A DNA stretch of 49,282 nucleotides from Ignavibacteriota bacterium (GCA_963727825.1 CAVSHO010000003.1:1-49282), one strand, 5' to 3'. Positions 26,852-38,844 are shown, counted from the first letter of the stretch. Numbers and translations are program-made. Notes: generated by a model not told the origin, from the sequence alone.

Positions 26852-27778
26852 ATGGAACTACTCAAGACATATGATTTTGCTGTCGCATGGAATTGGGAGT
26901 ATGATCGCGAGTTTATTCAGCTGGTACAGAAAGTCTTATGTCAGAATAACATGTCGGTTTTAGAGATTCGCGCGGGAAATGTTGAAGAAATTTTCAACAT
27001 GCTTAAGAAAGGGAAAATTCAATTTCGATATTTTCTTGATCGAGCTTCTGATGAGGACGATGCATTCCAACCGTTGGCGCGTTATATCCTTCAGCAATTT
27101 CGCTCGGGTGAAGGAAAATCAATCCATCCTATTAATCTACATGATTTACAACTTCGTGCCGCTGATAAAGCAACAATGCATCTTGAATTTCTCGCACATG
27201 AAATTGAGGTTCCATACACTATCATCATTTCTCCTTATTATCACAAGCGGGAAGTGGAGCTCACAATTACCGAATTGGCTAAACTTGGCCGGCCGTTCAT
27301 TATAAAACCGGCAAATACAACCGGCGGCGGCATTGGTGTCGTGATGGGAGCTGAAACGTTGAAGGAAATTATAGAAGCACGTCAATCCCATAAAAATGAT
27401 AAGTATCTAATGCAAGAAACTATTAAACCGGTTGAATGTGCCAGGCGACGAGCATGGTTCCGTGTGTTCTATGCGTTTGGCGACATTATTCCTTCTTGGT
27501 GGGATGATAATACGCACATTTACTCCTTATTGAGCGAGGATGAGGAACGACAAATAGATGTGGGACGGCTCAAGAAAATCACAGAACGTATTCACACAGT
27601 CTGCCAGCTTGAATTCTTTTCGACAGAATTAGTTTTTACTGCGGATGGAAGATGTATTACAGTAGATTACGTGAATGAAATGTGCGATATGCGGCTGCAA
27701 TCACAATTTGTGGATGGGGTGCCGGATACAATAGTTCAGCGGATCGTTTGCCAAATGATGGAATATATAAAGGAATAA
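26852..27778 (+). CDS. ATP-grasp fold protein of unknown function
   Basis: DKA, PFIIKPANTTGGGIGV, YLMQETI, FRVFY, FFSTELV...VDYVN. Confidence 0.7.
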   Translation: MELLKTYDFAVAWNWEYDREFIQLVQKVLCQNNMSVLEIRAGNVEEIFNMLKKGKIQFRYFLDRASDEDDAFQPLARYILQQFRSGEGKSIHPINLHDLQLRAADKATMHLEFLAHEIEVPYTIIISPYYHKREVELTITELAKLGRPFIIKPANTTGGGIGVVMGAETLKEIIEARQSHKNDKYLMQETIKPVECARRRAWFRVFYAFGDIIPSWWDDNTHIYSLLSEDEERQIDVGRLKKITERIHTVCQLEFFSTELVFTADGRCITVDYVNEMCDMRLQSQFVDGVPDTIVQRIVCQMMEYIKE

Positions 27779-27908
27779 AAAACCATTAAATCGAACTCAT
27801 TGTGGTATTTGAGGAAAAGCACTTGACTTTCAGAAAGTGTATCAATAAATTAAGGCAAGCTGTTGTAAAATAAATCCACTAATCCTTTCGTCATTGCTTG
27901 GAGGCTTT

Positions 27909-28769
27909 ATGAGTCTCAAAAATGTAAGTGGTCTTAATTTTGGTTTGAGATATACTTGGTTTGTCTTTTTATCTCTAGTCGCTTTTTTACTGATTGGCTG
28001 TGGAGGAAGTGAAGAGGCTACGATGCAAACGCCGAACCCGCAAGACACCACTACGAAATCATTCGGTACAGTTGAGCAACAAAAGCCAAAAGAAGCTAAG
28101 CCGATGGAAGAAGCACTTACCAACTTTATCGGTCCCGATACCGGAAGGGTTGTTGAGATGCCTAAACCTGCGGTTATAGCGCCAGCTCAACTTGCGCAAT
28201 ACGAAAAACAAATTGAAGATCTTCGAACAGAGAATACGGATTTGAAACAGAAGAATGTGAAGCTTGAACAAGAAAACAGGGGAATCAATGCTCGCATAAG
28301 TGATGCTGAAGCGAAATATGCGGCTGAAAAATCGCGTGCAGATAAAGCAGAAGAGTTGACAAAGAATACTAAACAAGCATCAAGAGAGGTAGAAGAAAAA
28401 CCTGTTTTGACATCTGCCTATGACGATGCATTGAAAGCATTCAATGTTCGCAAGTATGATGCTGCTGCAAAAGGATTCAAAGCTGTTGTTGATGGTGGCT
28501 TCAATGCTGATCTTACTAGCCGTGCAAAATACTGGCTGGGTGAAACTTACTTTGCGCAAAAGAAATATAACGAAGCACTCCCGCTGTTTCAAGAATCTCT
28601 TAAGCTTAAGAATTCCGCGAAGAAGGCTGACGCTCAATTTATGATCGCACAAACATACGATCGTCTTGGTAATAAAGTTAAAGCGAAAGCAGCATACGAA
28701 AAAGTTGTAAAAGACTATCCAATGAGTAAAAATGTGAAGCGTGCGAAAGCACGATGGGCAAAGTTATAG
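27909..28769 (+). CDS. cpoB: CpoB/YbgF-like coiled-coil + TPR lipoprotein
   Basis: Lipobox LIGC; coiled coil; YDDALKAF...AKYWLGETYF...KADAQF...YEKVVKDYP; RBS GGAGG before ATG 27909; promoter TTGACT-17-TAAATT at 27823-27851. Confidence 0.75.
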   Translation: MSLKNVSGLNFGLRYTWFVFLSLVAFLLIGCGGSEEATMQTPNPQDTTTKSFGTVEQQKPKEAKPMEEALTNFIGPDTGRVVEMPKPAVIAPAQLAQYEKQIEDLRTENTDLKQKNVKLEQENRGINARISDAEAKYAAEKSRADKAEELTKNTKQASREVEEKPVLTSAYDDALKAFNVRKYDAAAKGFKAVVDGGFNADLTSRAKYWLGETYFAQKKYNEALPLFQESLKLKNSAKKADAQFMIAQTYDRLGNKVKAKAAYEKVVKDYPMSKNVKRAKARWAKL

Positions 28770-28798
28770 CGGTAATTATTATTGAATGTAGTTGTTAA

Positions 28799-28830
28799 TA
28801 AACCCTGTTGAGCGATCATCAGGGTTTTTT
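28799..28830 (+). terminator. Terminator after cpoB-like gene
   Basis: aaaccctg...cagggttttt. Confidence 0.7.
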
Positions 28831-28959
28831 ATTTTCTTTATTTTGACCTTTCTGCGTGAACATTAAAAAAATAGAGATAAATCCATTCTATTTAATATTA
28901 ACAATAGTTTGATTCTCTGCATACGCCTTGGTATATTGCCAACAATATAGGATTCAGCT

Positions 28960-30318
28960 ATGTCAAAAAATCTCACAAAATATGTATGTCAGTCGTGTGG
29001 ATATGTATCACCGAGATGGATTGGTAAATGTCCCAACTGTTCCGAGTGGAATTCATTTGTCGAAGAAGCTGCAACACCTGTTAAAGCATCGCGTAAGATG
29101 GGCGTTTCCTCAAAGATCGAACCGGTTTCTTTTGACCAAATAGAGAAGGAAGATGTTCCGCGCATTAAAACCACATTGAATGAATTTGATCGAGTACTCG
29201 GCGGTGGACTAGTTCCCGGTTCGCTCATTTTGCTCGGTGGCGATCCTGGTATCGGCAAATCCACATTAATGATGCAAATTGCATTAGCACTGAAAGATCA
29301 ACTCGTGCTTTACATTACAGGCGAAGAGTCAGTGCGACAGATCAAACTGCGGGCTGAACGGCTGAATATGAGTTCAGCAAAACATATTTTGGTTCTTGCA
29401 GAAACCAATCTTGATTTAATTCTTGATGTGATTGATGTCGGTACTCCTGATTTAATAATAGTGGATTCCATCCAGACAATGTACCGGCCAGGCCTAGAAA
29501 GCGCGCCGGGTACCGTAAGTCAAGTGCGAGAATCCGCTGCTTTGTTGCTGCGCCTCGCTAAAACTCGCAATATTCCTATCTTCGTTGTCGGTCACGTTAC
29601 TAAAGACGGCATGATTGCCGGGCCGAAAGTAATTGAACATATGGTTGATACCGTCTTGCAATTTGAAGGCGAAGCGCATTATGCTTATCGCATTCTGCGA
29701 GCATTGAAGAATCGATTTGGCTCAACAAATGAGATTGGTATCTTTGAGATGCATGATACGGGCTTGCGCGAAGTTCTAAATCCTTCGGAGATATTTCTTT
29801 CTGAACGTCATTACGGCGCATCCGGTTCAACCGTGGTAGCCAGTATTGAAGGCTCACGTCCGATTCTCGTTGAAGTACAGGCCTTAGTGACGCCAACGAA
29901 CTATGGTATGCCGCAGCGCACGAGTACCGGTTTTGACTATCGGCGTCTTGCACTTTTACTCGCAGTACTAGAGAAACGTGTTGGACTTAATCTTGGACAG
30001 CAAGATGTGTTTGTGAATGTGGCGGGCGGTATTCGCATAGATGAACCGGCAGTGGATTTAGGAATTGCAGTATCTATCACATCGAGCTTGCGCGATATTC
30101 CAGTTGATTCATCGTCAGTAGCAGTTGGTGAAATTGGTTTGGGCGGAGAGATTCGAACCATAGGGCAAATTGAAAAGCGCGTGCATGAAGCTTCAAAGCT
30201 TGGTTTTAAACGCATCATAGTTCCTCAGCATAATCTGAAAACCTTCAAATCAAATAGCGATATTGAAATTATCGGTATTGATCGTATCGAACAAGCAATT
30301 GAAGCATTGTTGATGTGA
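28960..30318 (+). CDS. radA: DNA repair protein RadA/Sms
   Basis: CQSCG...CPNC zinc finger; GGDPGIGKST; KNRFG; Lon-like C-terminus GEIGLGGEIR. Confidence 0.98.
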   Translation: MSKNLTKYVCQSCGYVSPRWIGKCPNCSEWNSFVEEAATPVKASRKMGVSSKIEPVSFDQIEKEDVPRIKTTLNEFDRVLGGGLVPGSLILLGGDPGIGKSTLMMQIALALKDQLVLYITGEESVRQIKLRAERLNMSSAKHILVLAETNLDLILDVIDVGTPDLIIVDSIQTMYRPGLESAPGTVSQVRESAALLLRLAKTRNIPIFVVGHVTKDGMIAGPKVIEHMVDTVLQFEGEAHYAYRILRALKNRFGSTNEIGIFEMHDTGLREVLNPSEIFLSERHYGASGSTVVASIEGSRPILVEVQALVTPTNYGMPQRTSTGFDYRRLALLLAVLEKRVGLNLGQQDVFVNVAGGIRIDEPAVDLGIAVSITSSLRDIPVDSSSVAVGEIGLGGEIRTIGQIEKRVHEASKLGFKRIIVPQHNLKTFKSNSDIEIIGIDRIEQAIEALLM

Positions 30319-30470
30319 TACCAAATGGAAATAAAAAAGCTAAAAGGTATAGAGGGAAAAAGGATAGGGATTGTAAATCAAATAAACAGGAACCCCCCTT
30401 TTTCCTATTCGCATTTAGAATTCCGCATTTTAATGAATTCCTAATTTCCAGTTTCTAATTGTTATTCCAA

Positions 30471-31079
30471 ATGGCCAAAATTATTCTTGCCACACACAAT
30501 ATTCACAAAGCGCGGGAATTGAAGACGCTCCTTAGTGATCTTGATGTTGATGTGCTCACGCTCGACGATATTTCCATTGACATAGTTTTGAAAGAAGAAG
30601 GCAATACGTTCGAAGCGAATGCAATCCAAAAAGCCAGGATTGTACATAATCAAACAAAACTTCCATCACTTGCTGATGACTCTGGTCTGGAAGTGTTCTA
30701 TCTTAACGGCCGCCCTGGAGTGTTCTCCGCTCGCTACGCCGGTGCAGAAGCAACAGATGATATGAACAACCAAAAACTGCTGTATGAAATGCGGGGTGTA
30801 GCGCCACGCAGGCGGCGCGCCCAATTTCGTTCAGTCCTTGCACTTATCAATGACGGATCGGAGGATATAACTGAAGGAATTTGCCCCGGTATACTTGGGG
30901 AAACACCGCGTGGAATAAATGGTTTTGGATACGATCCGATTTTTATTCCGGATGGTTTTAACAAAACATATGCAGAGCTAACGGCCGAAGAAAAGAACCT
31001 TATAAGTCATCGTGCACGTTCATTTGCGAAAATGATCGAAGTGATGAAAACAAAACTTCTGACCACTCGCAATAGATAA
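30471..31079 (+). CDS. rdgB: Non-canonical purine NTP pyrophosphatase (RdgB/HAM1)
   Basis: ATHN.HK, ADDSGL, PGVFSARYA, GFGYDPIF, KNLISHR. Confidence 0.96.
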   Translation: MAKIILATHNIHKARELKTLLSDLDVDVLTLDDISIDIVLKEEGNTFEANAIQKARIVHNQTKLPSLADDSGLEVFYLNGRPGVFSARYAGAEATDDMNNQKLLYEMRGVAPRRRRAQFRSVLALINDGSEDITEGICPGILGETPRGINGFGYDPIFIPDGFNKTYAELTAEEKNLISHRARSFAKMIEVMKTKLLTTRNR

Positions 31080-31092
31080 ACGGAGCCATTTC

Positions 31093-31121
31093 TTGACTAA
31101 GTGAACGATTCTTGTTATTAT
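31093..31121 (+). promoter_or_regulatory. Sigma70 promoter of the histidine kinase gene
   Basis: TTGACT-17 bp-TATTAT with extended TG. Confidence 0.6.
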
Positions 31122-31161
31122 TTATACGATCTATGTATCGCTACATACAGAGGTAATTTGA

Positions 31162-32800
31162 ATGCTCACGCGAGAGGAACGGATACATAACCTTCAATCG
31201 ACAATGCTATTTCATGAATTGTCAGATGTTGAAGTAGCAGACATTCTTGATAGGTTTAAAGAAGAACAACATCCGGCAGGAACAATCCTTTTTGAAGCGA
31301 ATACATCAGGCGACAAGGTCTTTATTATTGAAAAAGGAATTATCCGAGTTTCTCGTGTAACCATGTTTGGCGAAGAGACAACATTGGATATTTTGCAATG
31401 TGGAGAAATTGTTGGTGAGCTTGCATCGCTCGATGGTCAATCGCGCTCGGCACGGGCAACGTGTATCGAAGATTCAATTCTCCTCTCACTTAATAAAGCA
31501 GAATTTGAAAAATTGCTGCTAAGCAGCTATAAGGTTGCATTCAATCTTCTCGGTGAGTTAAGCACCCGTATTCGTAAAGCAGATGATACTATCGTCAAAC
31601 GGCTTGAAGAACAGCGAAGAGCACAGGAAATTCGTTTCAACAAACTACAACGGCTTATTGAAGCAAGCAAGATTATAAACTCTACCCTTAACCTTGAGGA
31701 ATTACTTGAATTGATTCTCAATGCAGCAACGCAGAGTATCCAAGCAGATCGAGGGACACTTTACCTTGTTGATGACATTAAAAAAGAGTTATGGTCAAAA
31801 GTGCATCAAGGAACAGATATGGTTGAGATTCGCCTGCCAATTGGAAAGGGATTAGCGGGATATGTCGCGGCGACTGGCGAGACGATACTTATCCCTGATA
31901 CTTATGCCGATCCTCGTTTCAATCCGGAGATCGACAAACGCACAGGTTACCGAACGCGCAATATGCTTTGTATGCCGATGAAAAACAAAGACAGAAAAAT
32001 TATCGGCGTCTTCCAACTCTTGAATAAAAACCAAGGATCTTTTGATAACGATGATGTCTCTTTCATAGATGCGCTTTCTGCCCATGCCTCTGTAGCGATT
32101 GAGAATGCACATATGGCGCAGGAGATGGTTGCGAATGAACGATTGTCTGCGGTCGGAAAGATGGCAAGCGTTATTATTCACGATATCAAGAATCCGATGG
32201 GTACGCTTCGTGTGTATGCACAGGTGATGAAGAAGAAATCCGGAAATGAAGAAGCGAACAAACTCGCCGATGAAATGATTCATCAGGTGGACCGCTTCGT
32301 TAATATGACGCAAGAAATCTTAGATTTTACACGCGGTGTAAGCGCCTCGAATTTCCAGGAGCTCGAATTCTTCGATGTGATGAATAGTGTATTGGATTTT
32401 ATTGAAAAAGATTTGGAGAAGAATAATATAAAGCTGAAGAAGTTCGCGCAATTTAGAGGAGTAGTAAATATAGATCAAGATAAATTGGTGCGAGTGTTTT
32501 ACAATATTGCGAGCAACGCACGCGATGCAATGCCTCAGGGTGGTACATTAACTGTTACAACTATTGAAGAGAACGGTTTCGTGCGCATTGATTTCACGGA
32601 TACTGGAACAGGTATGCCGGAAGAAGTTAAGGAGCGTATCTTTGAACCATTCATGACATATGGCAAGAAGCATGGTCACTGGCCTCGGCATGTCCATTGT
32701 AAAAAAAGTGATAGACGATCACAATGGAAAGATCGAAATCACAAGTGTGATGGGTAAGGGAACAACCATTACAATTTATCTCCCCTTTAAGAAATCTTAA
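31162..32800 (+). CDS. cNMP-binding + GAF sensor histidine kinase, interrupted by a +1 frameshift near 32677
   Basis: [13 protein letters not shown] (cNMP); GAF ([15 protein letters not shown]); H-box HDIKNP; N-box NARDAM; DTGTGM; removing one base restores [21 protein letters not shown]...[15 protein letters not shown] ending at 32800. Confidence 0.88.
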
Positions 32801-33136
32801 GAAAGTTCTGTTTTCAGTCTTTCACAATTCGGCGCCATGTGCGCCGTTTCTTTTTCCTATCCATTAAACATCAGTAGTATTTATTATGAAGTCCTAACTG
32901 AAATAAGAATCCTTATGGTTACGCGCGCTTGAGCGAATTGATTTTTTTAATAATTCCGATATGTTTTCTTAGTGTATGATTGTTCGGATTATTCATGGGC
33001 AAATTTTTTTCGAACTGGACAAATATCGGAATATCGATAACTTACGGAATTGCGACAACTAAAGAGAGCAAGTATAAGGGAAAAGCCTTCCTCTTGTTTT
33101 CTGAGAGGAAGGCTTCCTACGTGATTTTCTTTTGGA

Positions 33137-33883
33137 TTATCGGGAAAAACCGAGAAGGATAGATACTGCAACCCAAACAACCCACAGCGCAAACGCGACT
33201 CCCATACCTGCTCCGGTCGATTTCCCGGACAACTTACTCAATCCAATACCGATAACAGCGGCTTCCCAAATGGAAAAGATATTAATTGCTGAAAGAAGCT
33301 TGTGAAAATTGGATGTCAAATCGAAGCTGCCCAAAACCGCTAGCGCGGCACTGGGTGTTGCAGTCATCGTGCCGAGGCCTACCATCATTAACGCTGTAAT
33401 AATACCGCCGAGCACGCCAATCCATGATGCAATACCATACAGCTCAAGATGTTTCCCATACCCTTCATTCGATTTAAGAATTGTTTTATTAGTAAGCCAA
33501 AGGAATAACGCACCTCCGAAATAGTATACACAAATAAAAACCGCTGCCCCAATAATACCAAACACAATCATCATTCCGCCCATTGAATCCATTCGGGATT
33601 CAGCTTGATCGGCTTGTTCTTGTGTGAGTTTTCCTTTCTCAACTTGCATTTGAATAGCTTTACTTTGAACGTCTTTCATTTCAACTTTCAATGTCTCGTT
33701 CGTGAAAATCATAACAGTGACGATAATGGTGACAAGCAAAGTAGCAAGAAGAGGAATAACCCATAACATAGGTTTTGAAGCTGTCCCCTTCAGATTTTGA
33801 AAAACTTCAGAAGGCGAGGTGAACACATCCATGAATGTCGTTCCTAGCGATGGGGCTTGTGGCAAAGGTTGTTGTTCTTCCAT
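33137..33883 (-). CDS. Yip1-domain membrane protein
   Basis: VFTSPSEVF..L motif; about 5 TM segments; INIFSIW...IGIGL. Confidence 0.85.
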   Translation of the reverse strand: MEEQQPLPQAPSLGTTFMDVFTSPSEVFQNLKGTASKPMLWVIPLLATLLVTIIVTVMIFTNETLKVEMKDVQSKAIQMQVEKGKLTQEQADQAESRMDSMGGMMIVFGIIGAAVFICVYYFGGALFLWLTNKTILKSNEGYGKHLELYGIASWIGVLGGIITALMMVGLGTMTATPSAALAVLGSFDLTSNFHKLLSAINIFSIWEAAVIGIGLSKLSGKSTGAGMGVAFALWVVWVAVSILLGFSR

Positions 33884-34214
33884 AGTTACTCCATTAGGTT
33901 GTTATTAGATAACTGCAGAGTGGATTAATTAAATTATACTGAATATTTTTGTGAAAGCAAATATCTATAATTAACTGAAATAGTAATGCACAAATCAGAA
34001 ATGATAGGAACGGATATGGCGTTTTATAACAATTTTGTAGCGGAAAAAGGGATAGCTGGATAACTCATTCTATGAACACATAGGCCACCGTCGTCTTTTT
34101 ATTCATGAAACCATACCGCAAGTGTCAATGGAATCACAGAAAAAGTTCACGTACCTTTGATGGTCGTTCTGCGGCATCTATATTCTTTAACGATGCAGAA
34201 AGGAATTTCGTTGC

Positions 34215-34976
34215 ATGAAAATTGACTTGAATCGAAAAGTTGTGCTTGTGAGCGGTGGTTCACGTGGTATCGGTGCGGCAATTGTCAAGGTTTGTGCGGA
34301 AGCTGGGGCAGATATTGTGTTCACGTACATTGCCAACAAGAAAAGTGCTAAGCAAGTAGAAACAGTTGTAAAGAAATTTGGACGAAGATGTTTGGTGTTG
34401 AAAACGTCAGTGAGCAACCAGAAACAAGTGCACAATGCCGTACGGAAAACCATGCGAAAATTCGGGCGCATTGATATTCTCGTGAACAATGCCGGTATCT
34501 GGAAATACGGCGCCATAGGAAAAATGACCGAGCAGCAATGGGATGAAATGCTCGATATTAACTTAAAAGGCACGTTCTTGTTTACTAACGAAGTCGTTCC
34601 GGTAATGAAGAAGCAAGGAAACGGGAAAATTATCAATATCGCTAGCACTGCAGGTCAGCGCGGAGAGCCATTCCATTCTCATTATGCGGCATCAAAAAGC
34701 GGGATGATTGCTTTCACTAAATCCATTGCTGTAGAATTGGCACCTCATAATGTCATCGTTAATTGTGTCTCTCCCGGTTGGGTAGCGACCGATATGACAG
34801 CAAGGGAACTTCGTGATCCAAATATTGGTGAAGAAATTCAGAGAATCATTCCACGCGGCCATGTAGCGACAGCAGAAGAAATTGCTGGATCTGTTCTTTT
34901 TCTCGCCTCGGAACTCTCAAATCATCTTGTTGGTTCTATAATAAGTGTTAACGGCGGAGCCGTTATGTCGAATTAA
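34215..34976 (+). CDS. SDR family oxidoreductase (FabG-like)
   Basis: SGGSRGIG, NNAGI, YAASK, VSPGWVATDM. Confidence 0.93.
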   Translation: MKIDLNRKVVLVSGGSRGIGAAIVKVCAEAGADIVFTYIANKKSAKQVETVVKKFGRRCLVLKTSVSNQKQVHNAVRKTMRKFGRIDILVNNAGIWKYGAIGKMTEQQWDEMLDINLKGTFLFTNEVVPVMKKQGNGKIINIASTAGQRGEPFHSHYAASKSGMIAFTKSIAVELAPHNVIVNCVSPGWVATDMTARELRDPNIGEEIQRIIPRGHVATAEEIAGSVLFLASELSNHLVGSIISVNGGAVMSN

Positions 34977-35051
34977 ACATCTCTTAGATGATGCGTTGGG
35001 AGTGAGATACTCTTGCGGTCTATAAATATCGATGTGTAAAAGGAATGCAAA

Positions 35052-35258
35052 ATGAAATCCCACGAATTAACGATACAAGGAATGAACTGCAACCATTGTA
35101 TTATGCATGTAAAACAGGCACTTGAATCTGTGCACGGCCTCCAAGTGGAAGAAGTGCAAATAGGAAAGGCCCGAGTGATGTATGATGACGATAAAATTGC
35201 TAATGTCCTTTCAGAAAAAGTAGAAGAAGCTGGATACAAGGTCGTTGTCATAGCATGA
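35052..35258 (+). CDS. copZ: Copper chaperone (HMA domain)
   Basis: GMNCNHC; ATGA overlap with copA. Confidence 0.9.
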   Translation: MKSHELTIQGMNCNHCIMHVKQALESVHGLQVEEVQIGKARVMYDDDKIANVLSEKVEEAGYKVVVIA

Positions 35259-37519
35259 ATGAAACTGCACGCCATATCTCTACGTTGACATTGCCCGTAG
35301 AAGGGATGACCTGCGCCAGTTGTGTTGCACGTGTTGAAAAGACGTTAAAAAAAATTGAAGGAGTAGATACTGCGAACGTCAATCTTGCAACGGAGACGGT
35401 TGCACTTTCTTATGATCCGACAAAGACGTCTATCGACGTTCTGGCAAAAGTTGTTGAAGGTGCAGGATACAAGTTAACAGTTCCTCAGAAACCTTCCGAA
35501 GGTTCCTCTGTTTATGCCTTGCGACCTTCGGAAGGTTACGTTGAAAGTCATCAGGATAAATCTTACCGTCAACTTAAGGGCGAATTCCTCTTCAGTCTCA
35601 TACTTACCATTCCTATCATGCTAATCAATATGCTAAGCATGACTGCATGGTTTATGTCTCACATTTCTCTGTCGATAGATGAGGCCAATAAATTGTTATT
35701 GATTCTCACGACACCGGTGATGATAGTATCAGGAAAACGTTTTTTTAAGCCGGCGTGGAAATTGACTCAGCATTTCGCAGCGGATATGAATACACTGATT
35801 GCCATAGGTACAGGAGCGGCATTCTTATACAGCACTGCTATTGTGCTTTTCCCGTACTGGTTTCCAACGGGTACGAATCTTTATGATGTCTATTTTGATT
35901 CCGCGGCAGCGATTATCACACTCATATTGATGGGAAGAATGCTTGAAGCTCGTGCAAAGCATAAAGCTTCCGATTCCATAAAATTATTATTGGGTCTTCA
36001 ACCCAAAATAGCACGGATCATCAAAGACAAGAAGGAAATTGAGGCTCCGATTACGGAAGTTGTTGTCGGTGATGTTATAAGAGTACGCCCTGGTGAACGC
36101 ATTCCGGTCGACGGAATTATTCTCAAAGGTGATTCTTCTGTTGACGAATCAATGATGAGCGGCGAAAGCATTCCCGTTGAAAAAGCTGTTGGCGATCGAG
36201 TAATCGGCGGTACGATTAATCGAAATGGGAGTTTTGAATTTCGCACTTCTGCCGTCGGTGCCTATACGGTTATTGCGCATATCGCAAAGCTTGTAGAAGA
36301 AGCACAGGGCTCCAAAGCTCCCATTCAGCATCTTGCCGATAGAATTGCATCGGTCTTCGTGCCGGTCGTGATGGTAATTGCACTTGCGGCATTTTGTATT
36401 TGGTATTTCGCAATCGGCATTGGTTTTTCCGCTGCTCTGATGAACGCAATTGCGGTTCTTGTCATTGCATGTCCATGCGCACTTGGACTTGCAACTCCTA
36501 CGGCAATTATGGTCGGCACGGGCAGAGGGGCATCGCTTGGTGTGCTTATAAGAAACGCCGAGAGTCTTGAACGTGCACATAAAATAAATACGATTGTATT
36601 TGATAAAACCGGTACAATCACTTCCGGCACACCTTCGGTAACGGATATTCAGGGGTACAATGATACCGATGAACAGACAATAATTCGTTTGGCAGCTTCG
36701 CTGGAAAAAAAGTCTGAGCACCCATTGGGTGAGGCCATTGTGCGAGAAGCGGCAAACCGTTCTCTAAGTTTGGACGAAATAGATTCGTTTAATTCTCATA
36801 CCGGATTCGGCGTAGAGGGAACTGTGAAAGGACGGAAAGCAACTATTGGCAGTGAGAAAATGATGCGGGATGCATCGATAGATATTTCGCCTGCATCAGG
36901 CGCAATCCTTCGATTTTCAGAGCAAGGCAAAACATTAATTTTGGTTGCCGTCGATGGGAGATTAATTGGTTTGATTGCCGTTGCAGATACACTTCGCCCT
37001 TCATCAAACAAAACGGCGATGGAATTGAAAGAGATGGGATTCGAACTGGTACTGCTCACGGGCGATAACTCTCGCACGGCACATGCGATTGCTGCGCAAG
37101 CCGGTATCGAAAAAGTGTTCGCTGAAGTTTTACCGCAAGAAAAAGCAGCGAATATAAAAGAGCTTCAATCGCAAGGGAAGATTGTTGCGATGGTCGGTGA
37201 CGGTATGAATGATGCGCCTTCGCTGGCACAGGCGGATGTAGGCATTGCGGTAGGAACCGGCACGGATATCGCCATGGAAACTGCGGATATTACATTAATG
37301 AAATCCGATCTCAGAGGAGTTCTTCGAGCAATTCGCCTTTCCCGACAGACCATGCGTACGATCAAGCAGAATCTTTTCTGGGCGTTTGTCTATAATAGTA
37401 TTGGCATTCCGCTGGCGGCGATAGGTTTACTCAATCCGATGTTTGCAGCTGGTGCGATGGCATTGAGTTCTGTAAGTGTGGTGACGAACTCGTTGAGATT
37501 AAGAAGAGTGAGGCTATAA
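35255..37519 (+). CDS. copA: Cu(I)-translocating P1B-ATPase
   Basis: [40 protein letters not shown]...MALSS. Confidence 0.96.
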   Translation: MNETARHISTLTLPVEGMTCASCVARVEKTLKKIEGVDTANVNLATETVALSYDPTKTSIDVLAKVVEGAGYKLTVPQKPSEGSSVYALRPSEGYVESHQDKSYRQLKGEFLFSLILTIPIMLINMLSMTAWFMSHISLSIDEANKLLLILTTPVMIVSGKRFFKPAWKLTQHFAADMNTLIAIGTGAAFLYSTAIVLFPYWFPTGTNLYDVYFDSAAAIITLILMGRMLEARAKHKASDSIKLLLGLQPKIARIIKDKKEIEAPITEVVVGDVIRVRPGERIPVDGIILKGDSSVDESMMSGESIPVEKAVGDRVIGGTINRNGSFEFRTSAVGAYTVIAHIAKLVEEAQGSKAPIQHLADRIASVFVPVVMVIALAAFCIWYFAIGIGFSAALMNAIAVLVIACPCALGLATPTAIMVGTGRGASLGVLIRNAESLERAHKINTIVFDKTGTITSGTPSVTDIQGYNDTDEQTIIRLAASLEKKSEHPLGEAIVREAANRSLSLDEIDSFNSHTGFGVEGTVKGRKATIGSEKMMRDASIDISPASGAILRFSEQGKTLILVAVDGRLIGLIAVADTLRPSSNKTAMELKEMGFELVLLTGDNSRTAHAIAAQAGIEKVFAEVLPQEKAANIKELQSQGKIVAMVGDGMNDAPSLAQADVGIAVGTGTDIAMETADITLMKSDLRGVLRAIRLSRQTMRTIKQNLFWAFVYNSIGIPLAAIGLLNPMFAAGAMALSSVSVVTNSLRLRRVRL

Positions 37520-37575
37520 GGTGCTCAAGTTTTTTGTTTTGCTTGAAAGATGTGTTGATGTAAATTATTCTTCGT

Positions 37576-38844
37576 TTAGTTTTCCAAAATAAAACTTGTT
37601 ATGTCTTTTACCAATTCATCTGCTAACGGTAAGGAAGGATTATTGTATGTGGCCACATTCTCTTGTCTATCACCCTCTACAATTCTGAAAATATGATTCA
37701 TTTTATCGATCAATACTAAATGTGATTGAGGGTTTGCTTTTGAAAGCCGTTTTGCATCTTCGACAGTTACTTGAATATCATTTGTACCCTGTATAATAAG
37801 AATTGGAATGAAGAGTTTCTGTATTTCGATTTGCGGGTCATACTTAAACCAGGAAATCAAATAAGGCTGCACACTTAATCTAAAAAGAGATTGAAGCATC
37901 GGATTCACATTGTCCACGATTTTTCCTTTTGCCAAGCTGTCTATAATGGGATAAGATAAATCCTGAACTTCTTTGAGTTGAGCGCTCAATTGCACTTTAA
38001 TAATTTTATCCGCCGGCTGTCCTGCACCGGCAATAGAAATAAACTTATCCGCAGTAGTTGAGGCAATCATTCCAATAAGTGAACCCTCACTGTGTCCTAT
38101 GACAATAATTTTTGAAAAACGCTTGTCTTGCTTTAACATTTGGATCCACTCTTTTGCATCATTCACTAAGTCATCAAAACGAATATCGGATTCATTTTTC
38201 ATCGCTGCTTTGCTTTCTGCAACGCCTCTTTTATCATAGCGTACAGAAGCTATATTATTTTCAGCAAGTCTATAAGCAAGTTTTTTATAAGCATCGCATT
38301 TCATCATGGGATTATTGCAATCCCTGTCCGTTGGTCCAGAACCTGCAATTATTAATGCTAAAGGAATTTTAGTGAATTCCTTAGGAGTTGTTAATGTCCC
38401 AAAGATTTGTCCGGATTTGGTTTGCAAGATGATTTGCGTTTCCATAAAAGTTGTGTCTTTATTTTCCGTTGCTATTACTATTTTATCTTTTTCAATTTTT
38501 ACTCTTGATAAATTCATTGGGAAAGATTGTCCTGCCTGCATAAAAGTTCCAACAATATTAAGGTCTTTGTCTAAAGTCCCTTCGTATTCAATTCTTGCAT
38601 TTGTTATCGCAAGTTTTAAAATTGATTGGTCAAAACTTGTTGTGGTCACAGGAATTCCATTTGCCCCTTGGTCTGGGCTATCCATTGTTGAACTATAACA
38701 ATTGTCCGTTTTAATGATATTGAATACAATTCTCAATTGAATTCCTTGAACTTTTAATATTCCATTCCATTGTCCAGTGATGTCTTGCCCCAACATAGTT
38801 AATGATGTCATAAATGTAAGCAGGACTAATGTTACCTTTTTCAT
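37576..38844 (-). CDS. Secreted alpha/beta hydrolase
   Basis: Signal peptide; AGSGPTDRD; RYDKRG; GHSEG nucleophile; GTNDIQV; MNHIF. Confidence 0.9.
   Translation of the reverse strand: MKKVTLVLLTFMTSLTMLGQDITGQWNGILKVQGIQLRIVFNIIKTDNCYSSTMDSPDQGANGIPVTTTSFDQSILKLAITNARIEYEGTLDKDLNIVGTFMQAGQSFPMNLSRVKIEKDKIVIATENKDTTFMETQIILQTKSGQIFGTLTTPKEFTKIPLALIIAGSGPTDRDCNNPMMKCDAYKKLAYRLAENNIASVRYDKRGVAESKAAMKNESDIRFDDLVNDAKEWIQMLKQDKRFSKIIVIGHSEGSLIGMIASTTADKFISIAGAGQPADKIIKVQLSAQLKEVQDLSYPIIDSLAKGKIVDNVNPMLQSLFRLSVQPYLISWFKYDPQIEIQKLFIPILIIQGTNDIQVTVEDAKRLSKANPQSHLVLIDKMNHIFRIVEGDRQENVATYNNPSLPLADELVKDITSFILEN

Noticed and set aside
30406-30460. Heptamer-like run (atttaga, attccgc, attccta, atttcca, gtttcta) as a separate feature
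   Set aside because: Short and degenerate; mentioned only in support of the 74-162 repeat
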